Positions 35,003 through 42,539 of a DNA stretch of 42,539 nt are shown in pieces; position 1 is the stretch's first letter; every line of letters begins with the position of its first letter. The position numbers and the translations under genes were made by a program. The notes below the pieces were generated by a model that saw only the letters and a list, made by a program, of their open reading frames with translations, was not told where the DNA came from and ran no database searches. This stretch comes from a virus (taxonomy: Duplodnaviria; Caudoviricetes): positions 1 to 42,539 of the IMG/VR virus record IMGVR_UViG_3300037575_000008; one strand, given 5' to 3'.

Positions 35003-36034
35003 TTAATCGCTCCAATTGCGAGTATCAATACCTTGTCGCTTTGCCTCTCGCTTAATATCAAGACGGGCTTGCACGTTGTTACCAGCTTTCTTATAGCGTT
35101 TCAATAACGCTTCACCAGGTGTTTTCGTGCTACCACTGCCTTTTAGCTCAGGGCTTGGCGCAGGTGCTGACGATTTACGTTTAGTAGGCGATTGAATAGA
35201 GGCTTGTAGTTTACCTAAGTACGCCACCGTGCTTAATCCAGTTGGGTCAGTTGCAAATAAATTCGCGACCTCTTGCATCTTAGCGGGGTTAACACCTAGT
35301 TGGTAAAATACTTTCTCACTTCCTTCACCTAACGAGTCAAGTGTTTTGATAAGGGAATCAACAATCTTATCCCCGTTACCTTTAGCGATTCGCTCAAATG
35401 ATTCTCTGACTGCTCGGTCTGCTTGAGTGTACTTCTCTTCGCTTACCTTGCCTTCTTCAACCAGTTTCGCCGCTCGCGTGTAATGACGGTCTACCGCTTC
35501 CTCTAACGCTTTCTTTTGACGCTCTGCCGCTTCGCGCTGTTGCTGTACCGATTGCTTTGATTCGAGCTTAGTATCAACTCGTTTATCGTAGTAATCATCC
35601 ATCGCAGCGTTATACGCTTCTTCGTCATAATCAAAGTCTTCCAACTTTGGCCGCTTCAATTCGGTTTGCGGTGCAGTTGTCGAACCAGATTTCAAGCGCT
35701 CGATTTCAGCTTTTAATGATTCAAGTTCGTCGTCTTTCTCGTGTAGCTTGGCTTTCAATTTCTTTCTAACAGCCGCCGCTTCACGATTAGGCTTAAAACC
35801 AGAATCCCCATCATCAGGAGTCGCTACTTCCTCTTGCATCCAGCTTTCAACGTCCTCAGATTCGGCTGATTCTTCTTCCTCGTCTTCGATTTCTTCAACG
35901 GTAGTTTCAACAGGTGCAATGGTTACTTTAGCGTCTTGTTGTTCCTCAACCTCGACAACTTCGGTTTCCTGCTCTGCTTCCTCTTCCGCTGCGTTTTGAG
36001 CTTTCAGCTCTGCAAGCGTTAATTTCTCTGCCAC
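35003..36034 (-). CDS. Scaffolding protein
   Basis: Acidic N-terminus, RPKLEDFDYDEEAY, coiled coil, position before coat. Confidence 0.85.
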   Translation of the reverse strand: MAEKLTLAELKAQNAAEEEAEQETEVVEVEEQQDAKVTIAPVETTVEEIEDEEEESAESEDVESWMQEEVATPDDGDSGFKPNREAAAVRKKLKAKLHEKDDELESLKAEIERLKSGSTTAPQTELKRPKLEDFDYDEEAYNAAMDDYYDKRVDTKLESKQSVQQQREAAERQKKALEEAVDRHYTRAAKLVEEGKVSEEKYTQADRAVRESFERIAKGNGDKIVDSLIKTLDSLGEGSEKVFYQLGVNPAKMQEVANLFATDPTGLSTVAYLGKLQASIQSPTKRKSSAPAPSPELKGSGSTKTPGEALLKRYKKAGNNVQARLDIKREAKRQGIDTRNWSD

Positions 36035-36094
36035 TTTTTATCCTCGTAGTGTAACGATTAATTATCTATGTCTATGCTCGGACATATACGAGTA

Positions 36095-36123
36095 TTGACA
36101 TTGTAGTGATAACGGCTTATAAC
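36095..36123 (+). promoter_or_regulatory. Near-consensus sigma70 promoter of moron 2
   Basis: TTGACA-17-TATAAC. Confidence 0.75.
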
Positions 36124-36159
36124 ATATATATGAATTAATTTCGTATGAATGAGGTGCTT

Positions 36160-36450
36160 ATGTTTAAGATGCTTAAAAGTCTAAAACCGAAGTGTAAGCA
36201 TGAATACACAAGCAAGAGATACACAGCAATATTCCCGTCATGGACAAAGAGCATGCTAGTTCAGCATTGGGGTGAGCCTCCTAGATGGACAACCTCAATA
36301 TATATTGGGTTCATGTATCAGGGCATGCATGCGACCTGCGACAAGTGCGGGGATGTTGAAAGCTTTGCCGAAGATATAGATGCTCCAGTTTTAATGCCGA
36401 CGCCAGAGCAACTAAAAAATCCAATTACAGGGGAATTGCCAGAGATATGA
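36160..36450 (+). CDS. Moron 2 Zn-ribbon-like protein
   Basis: CKH...CDKC; GAGGTG RBS. Confidence 0.7.
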   Translation: MFKMLKSLKPKCKHEYTSKRYTAIFPSWTKSMLVQHWGEPPRWTTSIYIGFMYQGMHATCDKCGDVESFAEDIDAPVLMPTPEQLKNPITGELPEI

Positions 36451-36608
36451 GCAAACCAAACAAACACACAAAGATGATTCACGCCAAAGGCTACAAGGTG
36501 CAAGATTTCCTTGACTATTGGCAGATTACACGGCGCACGTATGACAACTACTGCGCCAACGAAAAGATGCACGATAAGCTGCATAAAATGATAAAGGGGA
36601 TGGAGTGA
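36447..36608 (+). CDS. Small HTH-like protein (53 aa, not in ORF track)
   Basis: KGYKVQDFLDYWQITRRTY; ATGA overlap. Confidence 0.6.
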   Translation: MSKPNKHTKMIHAKGYKVQDFLDYWQITRRTYDNYCANEKMHDKLHKMIKGME

Positions 36609-36769
36609 TGGTTTTATTGCTATTCGTGGTGGCTTTAGTTGCTTTTCATGCGGGAGCTGCTTACGCGGGGCTTTGTGGTAGTGATTACAGACAAAGCGCC
36701 AAGTTAAGCATGGGTATACAGGTAGGGGAAAGCGAAAAGGCTATTGGCTTTCTGACAGAATGCAAATAA
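36608..36769 (+). CDS. Small exported protein (53 aa, not in ORF track)
   Basis: Hydrophobic leader ending in AYA; two Cys. Confidence 0.55.
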   Translation: MVLLLFVVALVAFHAGAAYAGLCGSDYRQSAKLSMGIQVGESEKAIGFLTECK

Positions 36770-36779
36770 ACAAAGGAGA

Positions 36780-37019
36780 TTGATTGTGAAAAGATACAGA
36801 GAAGAATTGAAAGGTTACTCAAAAAGGCTAGCCGATAGACTAGCTGTTGATGTTAAAAACGGAGTGATAACGCCAAAGCAGGCTGAGGATACTTATACCC
36901 AAGATGCAAAAAGGCTTCATTTGTTAAGTTGCGCAGTAATGGAAGAAAAGTTAAAGCCAGCACCTGATCCTATCATCATAAGCAAGGATGAATTAAAAAA
37001 CATGGTGGTAGTCAAATGA
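36780..37019 (+). CDS. Hypothetical protein
   Basis: AAGGAG RBS. Confidence 0.65.
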   Translation: MIVKRYREELKGYSKRLADRLAVDVKNGVITPKQAEDTYTQDAKRLHLLSCAVMEEKLKPAPDPIIISKDELKNMVVVK

Positions 37020-37147
37020 CCTACGAACAAAAGCTAAACCGTGAAGCGATGATACGCCGCATCTATAAAGTCATTCAAAAATAGAAAGCCGATAAGCGCC
37101 GTGAGCATTACAGTGCGTTGCGTGATAAGTGGGAGGGCAGATTGTGA
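37016..37147 (+). pseudogene. Small gene interrupted by an in-frame TAG (37082-37084)
   Basis: Frame overlaps neighbours at both ends (ATGA, GTGA) if the TAG is read through. Confidence 0.5.
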
Positions 37148-37398
37148 AGCCGAGAATTAGGGTTAAAGTAGACGGAGGTGTGACGATTTTCCTCACGGAG
37201 AACGAATGCAGCATTGAGCGCATACGAGAAATTTACTCGGGCAGAACAAGAGAAGATTTAGAGAAAGAATTACAAGAGTTGACCAAATTCCCGACAGTGC
37301 ATTTCTCCACAGTGGAGGCAGCACTGTACGCGATAGCGGTATCCGTGTTTGTTGTTACATCCCTTTATTGGGCTATTTGTGAGGTTAGTAAATTATGA
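37144..37398 (+). CDS. Membrane protein (start revised to GTG 37144)
   Basis: GGAGG RBS; C-terminal TM. Confidence 0.65.
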   Translation: MKPRIRVKVDGGVTIFLTENECSIERIREIYSGRTREDLEKELQELTKFPTVHFSTVEAALYAIAVSVFVVTSLYWAICEVSKL

Positions 37399-37592
37399 AC
37401 AACCAAGAAAACCAGATACGCGCCAAGCTTTGCGCTAAGTCAGTGGTTAACGAGTATAACGGTGCGAGTTATGAAAACCATGACATAAGCAAAATGAATA
37501 TGCAGTTTGATTTAGATTGGGAGGAAGTTTACGGATACCACCCGATAGAGGCTGCGGATTGGGAGAAGGGCTTTAATGGGGTGGAAGGATGA
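37395..37592 (+). CDS. Hypothetical protein
   Basis: GAGG RBS; ATGA overlap. Confidence 0.65.
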   Translation: MNNQENQIRAKLCAKSVVNEYNGASYENHDISKMNMQFDLDWEEVYGYHPIEAADWEKGFNGVEG

Positions 37593-37714
37593 AACTAATC
37601 AAACAACTAAACAAAGAGGTTGATTACACAGAATGGCAATTGCGCAGATAATTATGCTCTTTTGCTTTTATTGCTGGCGTGGCTATCGGTGCGTTTATTG
37701 GTGGCGCATTATGA
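37589..37714 (+). pseudogene. Small TM gene interrupted by an in-frame TAA (37649-37651)
   Basis: ATGA overlaps at both ends; a clean TM helix follows the stop. Confidence 0.5.
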
Positions 37715-37845
37715 AACCACACATAAAGAAAGTTAATGGCATGTGGCGTTGTTACCTAAACGGAGCATTTTCAGTAGGTGAAACGCCGCGCCAATGTTAC
37801 CGGGTTATTATGGAGAGAGAATTAAGACTGGTCATTTGTTCGTAG
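37711..37845 (+). CDS. Hypothetical protein MKPHIKKVNGMWRC (start revised)
   Basis: ATGA overlap; common small phage motif KPHI...W.C...G.TP. Confidence 0.6.
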   Translation: MKPHIKKVNGMWRCYLNGAFSVGETPRQCYRVIMERELRLVICS

Positions 37846-37849
37846 GGGC

Positions 37850-39892
37850 TTAACGCCCCACCCCTTGACGCAACTTCATAACGTTATCTATCCGCTTGCC
37901 CTCAGTACTAACCGCAATATCACGCATCTGCAACCCTGCCTTCTGCGCTTCGATAATCACTTTCTGGCGGTCTGTATCAGCTTTGTATTGGTCGATTTGA
38001 AGCTTAATGCGGTCGTTTTCTTCATTCATAATCGCCGCTTGACCTTCCTGCATTCTCGCTTGACCTTCCATAAGTAGGGCTTGCGTTTGTGCATCAGGCT
38101 GCTTATTCTGTTGCGCCTGCATTAGCATCTGTTCTTCTTCTGGCGTTTCTGGCTTCTTGATACCTTGAAGAATTAACTGTTTACGCGCATAGTCTCGTAC
38201 GTCTTCCATGTGTGAGCCTTCAAGCATGGTTAGGTACTCGTTTAATAGAATGTTGCGCATAGGGTCGCCAGGTGGCAAGCCGTTTATTAATTCTTTCAAC
38301 TCTTCACGGTTCTGCGACTTAACTGATTCAAACGATGGGCCAATATCCGCATATACATCAAACATCATCTTGCGCACATCGTTTACAATCTGCGTTTGCA
38401 TGTTTGACCAATCAATCTCAGCCTTGTTAATCGTTTCTTTCGATGTTGTACCATCAAGCTGAACAAGTACAATCTCTTGCTCACTATCCATCACGTCGCG
38501 GAACATTGACGCATACACTTCACCATCACGGCGCATGGCGTACTTGTGGTGGTCTTGGTACGTGTAAGACTGCATGTCTAAGCGCTTCTGTAACGCTTGC
38601 ACGGCTTTACCAGACAATGACGGGTCAGTGATATCTTGCGGTAAGCCTGGACTTGCTACATCATCAACCGCCATGCGCGACTCGCCAATCGCTGCCATTA
38701 GTGCAGGTGGCACGTTTGCATCAGGCGTTTGCCCAACGGGGCCAACTGGCAACGGATTGCCGCTACTGTCAAGATGATTCTGTTTCAGATATGGGTAGTT
38801 GTTATCAGGTCCATTAAGATTATACATGTCCTCATAGCCTGCAATCTGCTCGTCAGTGAAGATAGGCTTACTTCTACCGCTGCGGCTAACAATATCCGCT
38901 AGGTACGATAGCTGGAAGTTGCGTAATCGCTGTGGGTCTTTAGCTAGGCGAACAATACCCTCGTAATGCTCCTCACCCTCAACAAATTGACGTTCGCCAT
39001 ACTGCGGGATAATCGGCAAATGCTCACCCGCAATACGATTTTCAGCCATAATGCCAGCGCCACTGGCGATGTATTCAGTAACGACATAGCGCTTAACGGT
39101 TTTCTCTGATTCAAACTCAAAGCCACCATCAATTAAATCATCTTCGTCAACTTCGTCTTGCTGCAATACACGACGATTACCAAACTCATCAGCAAAGGTG
39201 TAATACTTAACTTTCTTCAAGACACGGTGATAAAACTTAACGATGTTTACTTTGTCGTCTTGCCCCACCCATGGGAATGTATAGCTATGCTCTGGCTCTG
39301 CAAAGCTTGAAGGTGGCGTGTAGTCACAACCTAACTCTTCGCATAACCCCTTATAGGCATCATGCGAATACGGGTAGAGCACTGCCACATACTTAGCATC
39401 TGACTTGTCGATTAGCTGCGCGTTTGGATCCCAAAACACACGGTTATTAGCCTCGAATATTGGCTCGCGTATAATACGTTGCCTGTCGTCGTCTTCGAGG
39501 TTATTGCGATACTCAGTCGTTAAACGCCATGCGCCAACACCACACACAACCGCTTCTTGGCTGGCATTCTTCTTAGCCTCTTGCGATTTGTTGTTACGCA
39601 TATCGGCACGATACGCACCATCCATAATCTCAGAAGCTTTTTCAAACGTGTCGTCAACGGGGTCGAAATCGACTTGAATAGGGTTAAGCACCAAGTCGGT
39701 GAGAATTTGCCTTTGCGCCTTTCGTATAATGTTAAACTCAAAGCGAGTGGCTAAGTCAGTGCCATTGAGATATTCATCATCCCATTGCGTTACCCATGCA
39801 AACAGCATGTCGTCTGCGGCCTTCAAGCGCGTATCATAACCATGTTGATACGCTTTCTCTTGCATCCGCTTTAAGTCTTGAAAGTCTAGCAT
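37850..39892 (-). CDS. Portal protein (P22 gp1-like)
   Basis: QW, FNII, EAVVCGVGAWRL, VFWDP.A...DKSDA, GIVRLAKDPQRL.N, C-terminal barrel coiled coil. Confidence 0.93.
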   Translation of the reverse strand: MLDFQDLKRMQEKAYQHGYDTRLKAADDMLFAWVTQWDDEYLNGTDLATRFEFNIIRKAQRQILTDLVLNPIQVDFDPVDDTFEKASEIMDGAYRADMRNNKSQEAKKNASQEAVVCGVGAWRLTTEYRNNLEDDDRQRIIREPIFEANNRVFWDPNAQLIDKSDAKYVAVLYPYSHDAYKGLCEELGCDYTPPSSFAEPEHSYTFPWVGQDDKVNIVKFYHRVLKKVKYYTFADEFGNRRVLQQDEVDEDDLIDGGFEFESEKTVKRYVVTEYIASGAGIMAENRIAGEHLPIIPQYGERQFVEGEEHYEGIVRLAKDPQRLRNFQLSYLADIVSRSGRSKPIFTDEQIAGYEDMYNLNGPDNNYPYLKQNHLDSSGNPLPVGPVGQTPDANVPPALMAAIGESRMAVDDVASPGLPQDITDPSLSGKAVQALQKRLDMQSYTYQDHHKYAMRRDGEVYASMFRDVMDSEQEIVLVQLDGTTSKETINKAEIDWSNMQTQIVNDVRKMMFDVYADIGPSFESVKSQNREELKELINGLPPGDPMRNILLNEYLTMLEGSHMEDVRDYARKQLILQGIKKPETPEEEQMLMQAQQNKQPDAQTQALLMEGQARMQEGQAAIMNEENDRIKLQIDQYKADTDRQKVIIEAQKAGLQMRDIAVSTEGKRIDNVMKLRQGVGR

Positions 39893-41569
39893 TTAACGTC
39901 CCATTGGTCGCATGGCTTGTGGCCTATGTGTTTTGTTTACTATGCTTTGCGTTATATTAGCACTATTGTCGAAAGATAGCACCACCGCGTCAAACAGGTT
40001 GGGCGATGGTATAACTATCTTGCTACCGTCAGGCTGTCTAATGCCGTTACGCATTTCCTGCTTGGTGTAAAACTTAAAAGTATCAGCTGGCTTTAGTGGC
40101 ATACGACACGCCTCAGACCGTAGCTTTTGTAGGTAGTTAGCAGGTATCGATTCGCTATCAAAGCTAACCAACTCGTCAGGGTCGATATATTTCTTATGCA
40201 CTACCGCTTCCCATGTTTTGTATACACGCTCTGCAAAGCTAATAATATTTTGTGCTTTCTTGTTACCAAATACGTCTTTGTTCTTTTTACTGTCACGGAT
40301 ATGATACTCCCCAACTGGCTTAAACACTGCTTCTGGGTTGTGTACACCCTCAGAGCCTTTATACATGAAAGTGTTAACCTTTGTACCTTGGAAATTCGCA
40401 GCCGCTTGGTCACGCAACAAAGCACCCATCCCATCACAATCCCAGCCAAATGTATCAGCACCCGAAGCCTTAGCATCACGTGAAGCAATATCAAAGGCTC
40501 TATTCGCATCCTCTGCATCAATCTCTCGCACATCAGTAAACACCACGCCATGGCGCAGACAGTAACCTTTCGCATCGCTACCAACGTCTGACGGGTCAAA
40601 CCCTGCCACTTTACCGCCACGCGCTTCAAAGCCAAGTTTCTTGTGCGCATCAATACACGCATCAAACCAATCCGCTTTAATAACGCTGTTGTCGATATCA
40701 TCGTTGAATGCCCCGTGCCAGATATGGTTAAAGCGCGATTCGCTCATACGCCCCTCGTTTTTCTTCTGCAAATCTTTCTCGTATTCTTCGCGTAGTGATT
40801 GGTCGTGCATAAACCATGGGTTATCTTCAAAGCTTACTTTGATAATCATGTGGTAATCATCTTCGTAGTAACCGTCTTTGTCTAGTTGCGCCTGGAATGG
40901 CACGATAAATTCTAAACTCATGGGGTCGTTTGCGCTTTCAGGGTTCCAAACGTACCACAACTCTGCACCGTCAACGCCACGTAATGTAGGACCTAGTGTA
41001 TCAATAGTCTGCTGACTTGTTCGCGCCGCCTCTTCCATCAAGAAATACTTGTACTCAAACGAGCCTTTCATGTCGATAATGTTTTGCATGCCACCAAACG
41101 TTATCTTGCCTTTGTTTTTATTTCTTATTTCTCGCTCTGATGGAACAGGAGTGAAACCTTTGAATTTTAGCGCATCGATACGACCGACCATGCCCGCGTA
41201 AATTGTGTCCCTAAGTGATTTCATGCGCTCTCGCAACACAAACACGTTAGAACCATTAGCATTAACATCGCCGACCATAGTGTCCATCACCATGATAGAT
41301 TTCGTGCCAGCTCGACCACCCCAAAAGCACTTGTATTTTTTGTAGTAAAGAATTGCAGGCTCTAGCTTTTCAATAACATAGATAGTCGGTTCTTCATCCG
41401 TTGGTCGCATGTTGCCGATTACACCTTTCCACTTGCGGATAAAGTGTGGCGTACCATCTTCATTGATTCTATCCACTACGCCGTAAACGGTTTCCTCTAC
41501 GTTGCCCGATTGCGCTTTGATGATTGGCGCTATCTTGTCAATTTGCTTGCGTAGTGCAGCTAGGCTCAT
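39893..41569 (-). CDS. terL: Terminase large subunit (headful type)
   Basis: GGRAGTKS Walker A, YFLMEEA Walker B, WNP, GFDPSD, PSPNLFDA. Confidence 0.93.
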   Translation of the reverse strand: MSLAALRKQIDKIAPIIKAQSGNVEETVYGVVDRINEDGTPHFIRKWKGVIGNMRPTDEEPTIYVIEKLEPAILYYKKYKCFWGGRAGTKSIMVMDTMVGDVNANGSNVFVLRERMKSLRDTIYAGMVGRIDALKFKGFTPVPSEREIRNKNKGKITFGGMQNIIDMKGSFEYKYFLMEEAARTSQQTIDTLGPTLRGVDGAELWYVWNPESANDPMSLEFIVPFQAQLDKDGYYEDDYHMIIKVSFEDNPWFMHDQSLREEYEKDLQKKNEGRMSESRFNHIWHGAFNDDIDNSVIKADWFDACIDAHKKLGFEARGGKVAGFDPSDVGSDAKGYCLRHGVVFTDVREIDAEDANRAFDIASRDAKASGADTFGWDCDGMGALLRDQAAANFQGTKVNTFMYKGSEGVHNPEAVFKPVGEYHIRDSKKNKDVFGNKKAQNIISFAERVYKTWEAVVHKKYIDPDELVSFDSESIPANYLQKLRSEACRMPLKPADTFKFYTKQEMRNGIRQPDGSKIVIPSPNLFDAVVLSFDNSANITQSIVNKTHRPQAMRPMGR

Positions 41570-42006
41570 TTAAAGCTTCCGCTCTTAACACAGAAAAGCA
41601 AAACTTCGCCACCCGTGAAGCAGTCTTTTTGCGATGCGTACTTAACAGCATCTTCTGTCTCTAGTGAAAAATCCAATGCCGCCAATGCAAATTTCCAACC
41701 TGACCCTATTGAGTGATTGTATTCTAGTTTAGTGTGAGAGCAATAATCACCATCAAAAGTAACAAGGTACGCGCAACCATCTTTTGCGTATATTGCGTTA
41801 CTATTAGGCTTCACTTCTGGCTTGTCGTCGTGATTTAAAGACATGAGCCTTTCGTCATCTGCTGGATTTCCCGTGAAAAACCAAACTGAGCCATCATCTT
41901 TCTTTTTCCATTTAACCGCTTTATCTGTTAGCACAACGCCATCGGCATTAAGCCTACTATCACAAGCTATCTGATTTCTTTCGTGGTCGTATACTATTGT
42001 TGTCAT
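41566..42006 (-). CDS. Ntn-hydrolase / HslV-proteasome-beta-like protein
   Basis: MTTIVY...IACDSR, SIGSG..FALAAL, AVKYA...D.FTGG. Confidence 0.8.
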   Translation of the reverse strand: MTTIVYDHERNQIACDSRLNADGVVLTDKAVKWKKKDDGSVWFFTGNPADDERLMSLNHDDKPEVKPNSNAIYAKDGCAYLVTFDGDYCSHTKLEYNHSIGSGWKFALAALDFSLETEDAVKYASQKDCFTGGEVLLFCVKSGSFK

Positions 42007-42539
42007 TTAATCCCCGCCATATCTGCCAATTCACGAACAAGCCTTTCAAGCTCGTCAACTTTGTTGATGTCTGATTCGGCCTTAACGCCTGCCATCATTT
42101 TCTGCATAGTATCGAGTGATATTTCACTCTTACCCGCTTTCTCTAGCAGTAACCGCGCTTTTTGAAGTGCCGTTGAATCTTTCTCAAACTTGATTCGCTC
42201 CTTATCGCGACCAAGGCTAGACAGCGCCCATGCAGCAAAAGCACCGTTACCATGCTCACCTGCCGCATGCCAGTAGTCAACTAGCTGGTCAATCATTCCG
42301 CTAATCACCTCGTCATACCCCTCATCAGGATAGCGATTACGGTAATCATACAGCGACTGCTTAGATTTAAAGCCAAGGTGCCTAATCGCAATATACTCAA
42401 CCGTCATAGCATACACTTGGAACTCTTCGCCCTTGTATATGTACGACTTAGTATGCGGATTAGCAAAATAAGCATCAATCGCCTTTTGCAATTCATCCGC
42501 AGTCTTGTACTTACGTGACTTTCTCGGTTGCGTTTCGCG
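42003..42539 (-). CDS. terS: Terminase small subunit, 3' part (starts at 142 across the junction)
   Basis: HLGFKSKQSLYDY HTH; upstream of terL. Confidence 0.8.
   Translation of the reverse strand, partial: RETQPRKSRKYKTADELQKAIDAYFANPHTKSYIYKGEEFQVYAMTVEYIAIRHLGFKSKQSLYDYRNRYPDEGYDEVISGMIDQLVDYWHAAGEHGNGAFAAWALSSLGRDKERIKFEKDSTALQKARLLLEKAGKSEISLDTMQKMMAGVKAESDINKVDELERLVRELADMAGIK
42413..42539. repeat. 127-bp terminal repeat, copy 2
   Basis: Identical to 1-127. Confidence 0.95.

Noticed and set aside
37016-37714. Genome-wide stop-codon reassignment
   Set aside because: TAG and TAA terminate conserved genes normally (recE and the resolvase end in TAG), core genes are uninterrupted, and no suppressor tRNA is found.
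37826-37842. Additional FadR box GACTGGTCATTTGTTCG
   Set aside because: The right half-site is poor and it is followed by a terminator-like hairpin, not a -10.
365-42165. Numerous antisense or overlapping ORFs in the supplied track (e.g. 365-556, 3924-4343, 9931-10314, 23052-23486, 40201-40701)
   Set aside because: They are shadows of well-supported genes, with no RBS or recognisable motifs.

Overview
The window is a complete, circularly permuted dsDNA phage genome of about 42,412 bp. Bases 1-127 are repeated at 42413-42539, which looks like an assembly overlap. It is a P22/Lederberg-like podovirus: TerS, TerL, portal, scaffold, coat, gp4/gp10/gp26/gp14, ejection proteins gp7/gp20/gp16 and several tailspikes are on the minus strand. 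I found no integrase or CI repressor, so it is probably lytic, and the host is probably a marine gammaproteobacterium (inference). Two early arms diverge from an AT-rich putative origin (about 8770-9250). The right arm carries Cro-like, DUF3987, primase Zn-finger, SF2 helicase, RecE/RecT, RuvC-like and SSB genes. The left arm carries Nmad5, a PAPS-reductase-like gene, NinH-like, small ORFs and an HNH. Two opposite-strand morons interrupt the head operon. The strongest signal is regulatory: five 17-bp FadR-type boxes (CTGGTCn[G/A]A...GTT) sit at activator positions of phage promoters, and the phage encodes an 86-aa protein resembling only the FadR DNA-binding domain, just downstream of one box. 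Together these form a candidate fatty-acid/acyl-CoA-responsive phage regulon. Other signals: hairpin-embedded promoters, a repeat-delimited three-gene cassette array, a tRNA-like relic, two moron genes with single internal stops, a branched tailspike set and strong GATC avoidance. All family assignments are by eye from motifs; no database searches were run.
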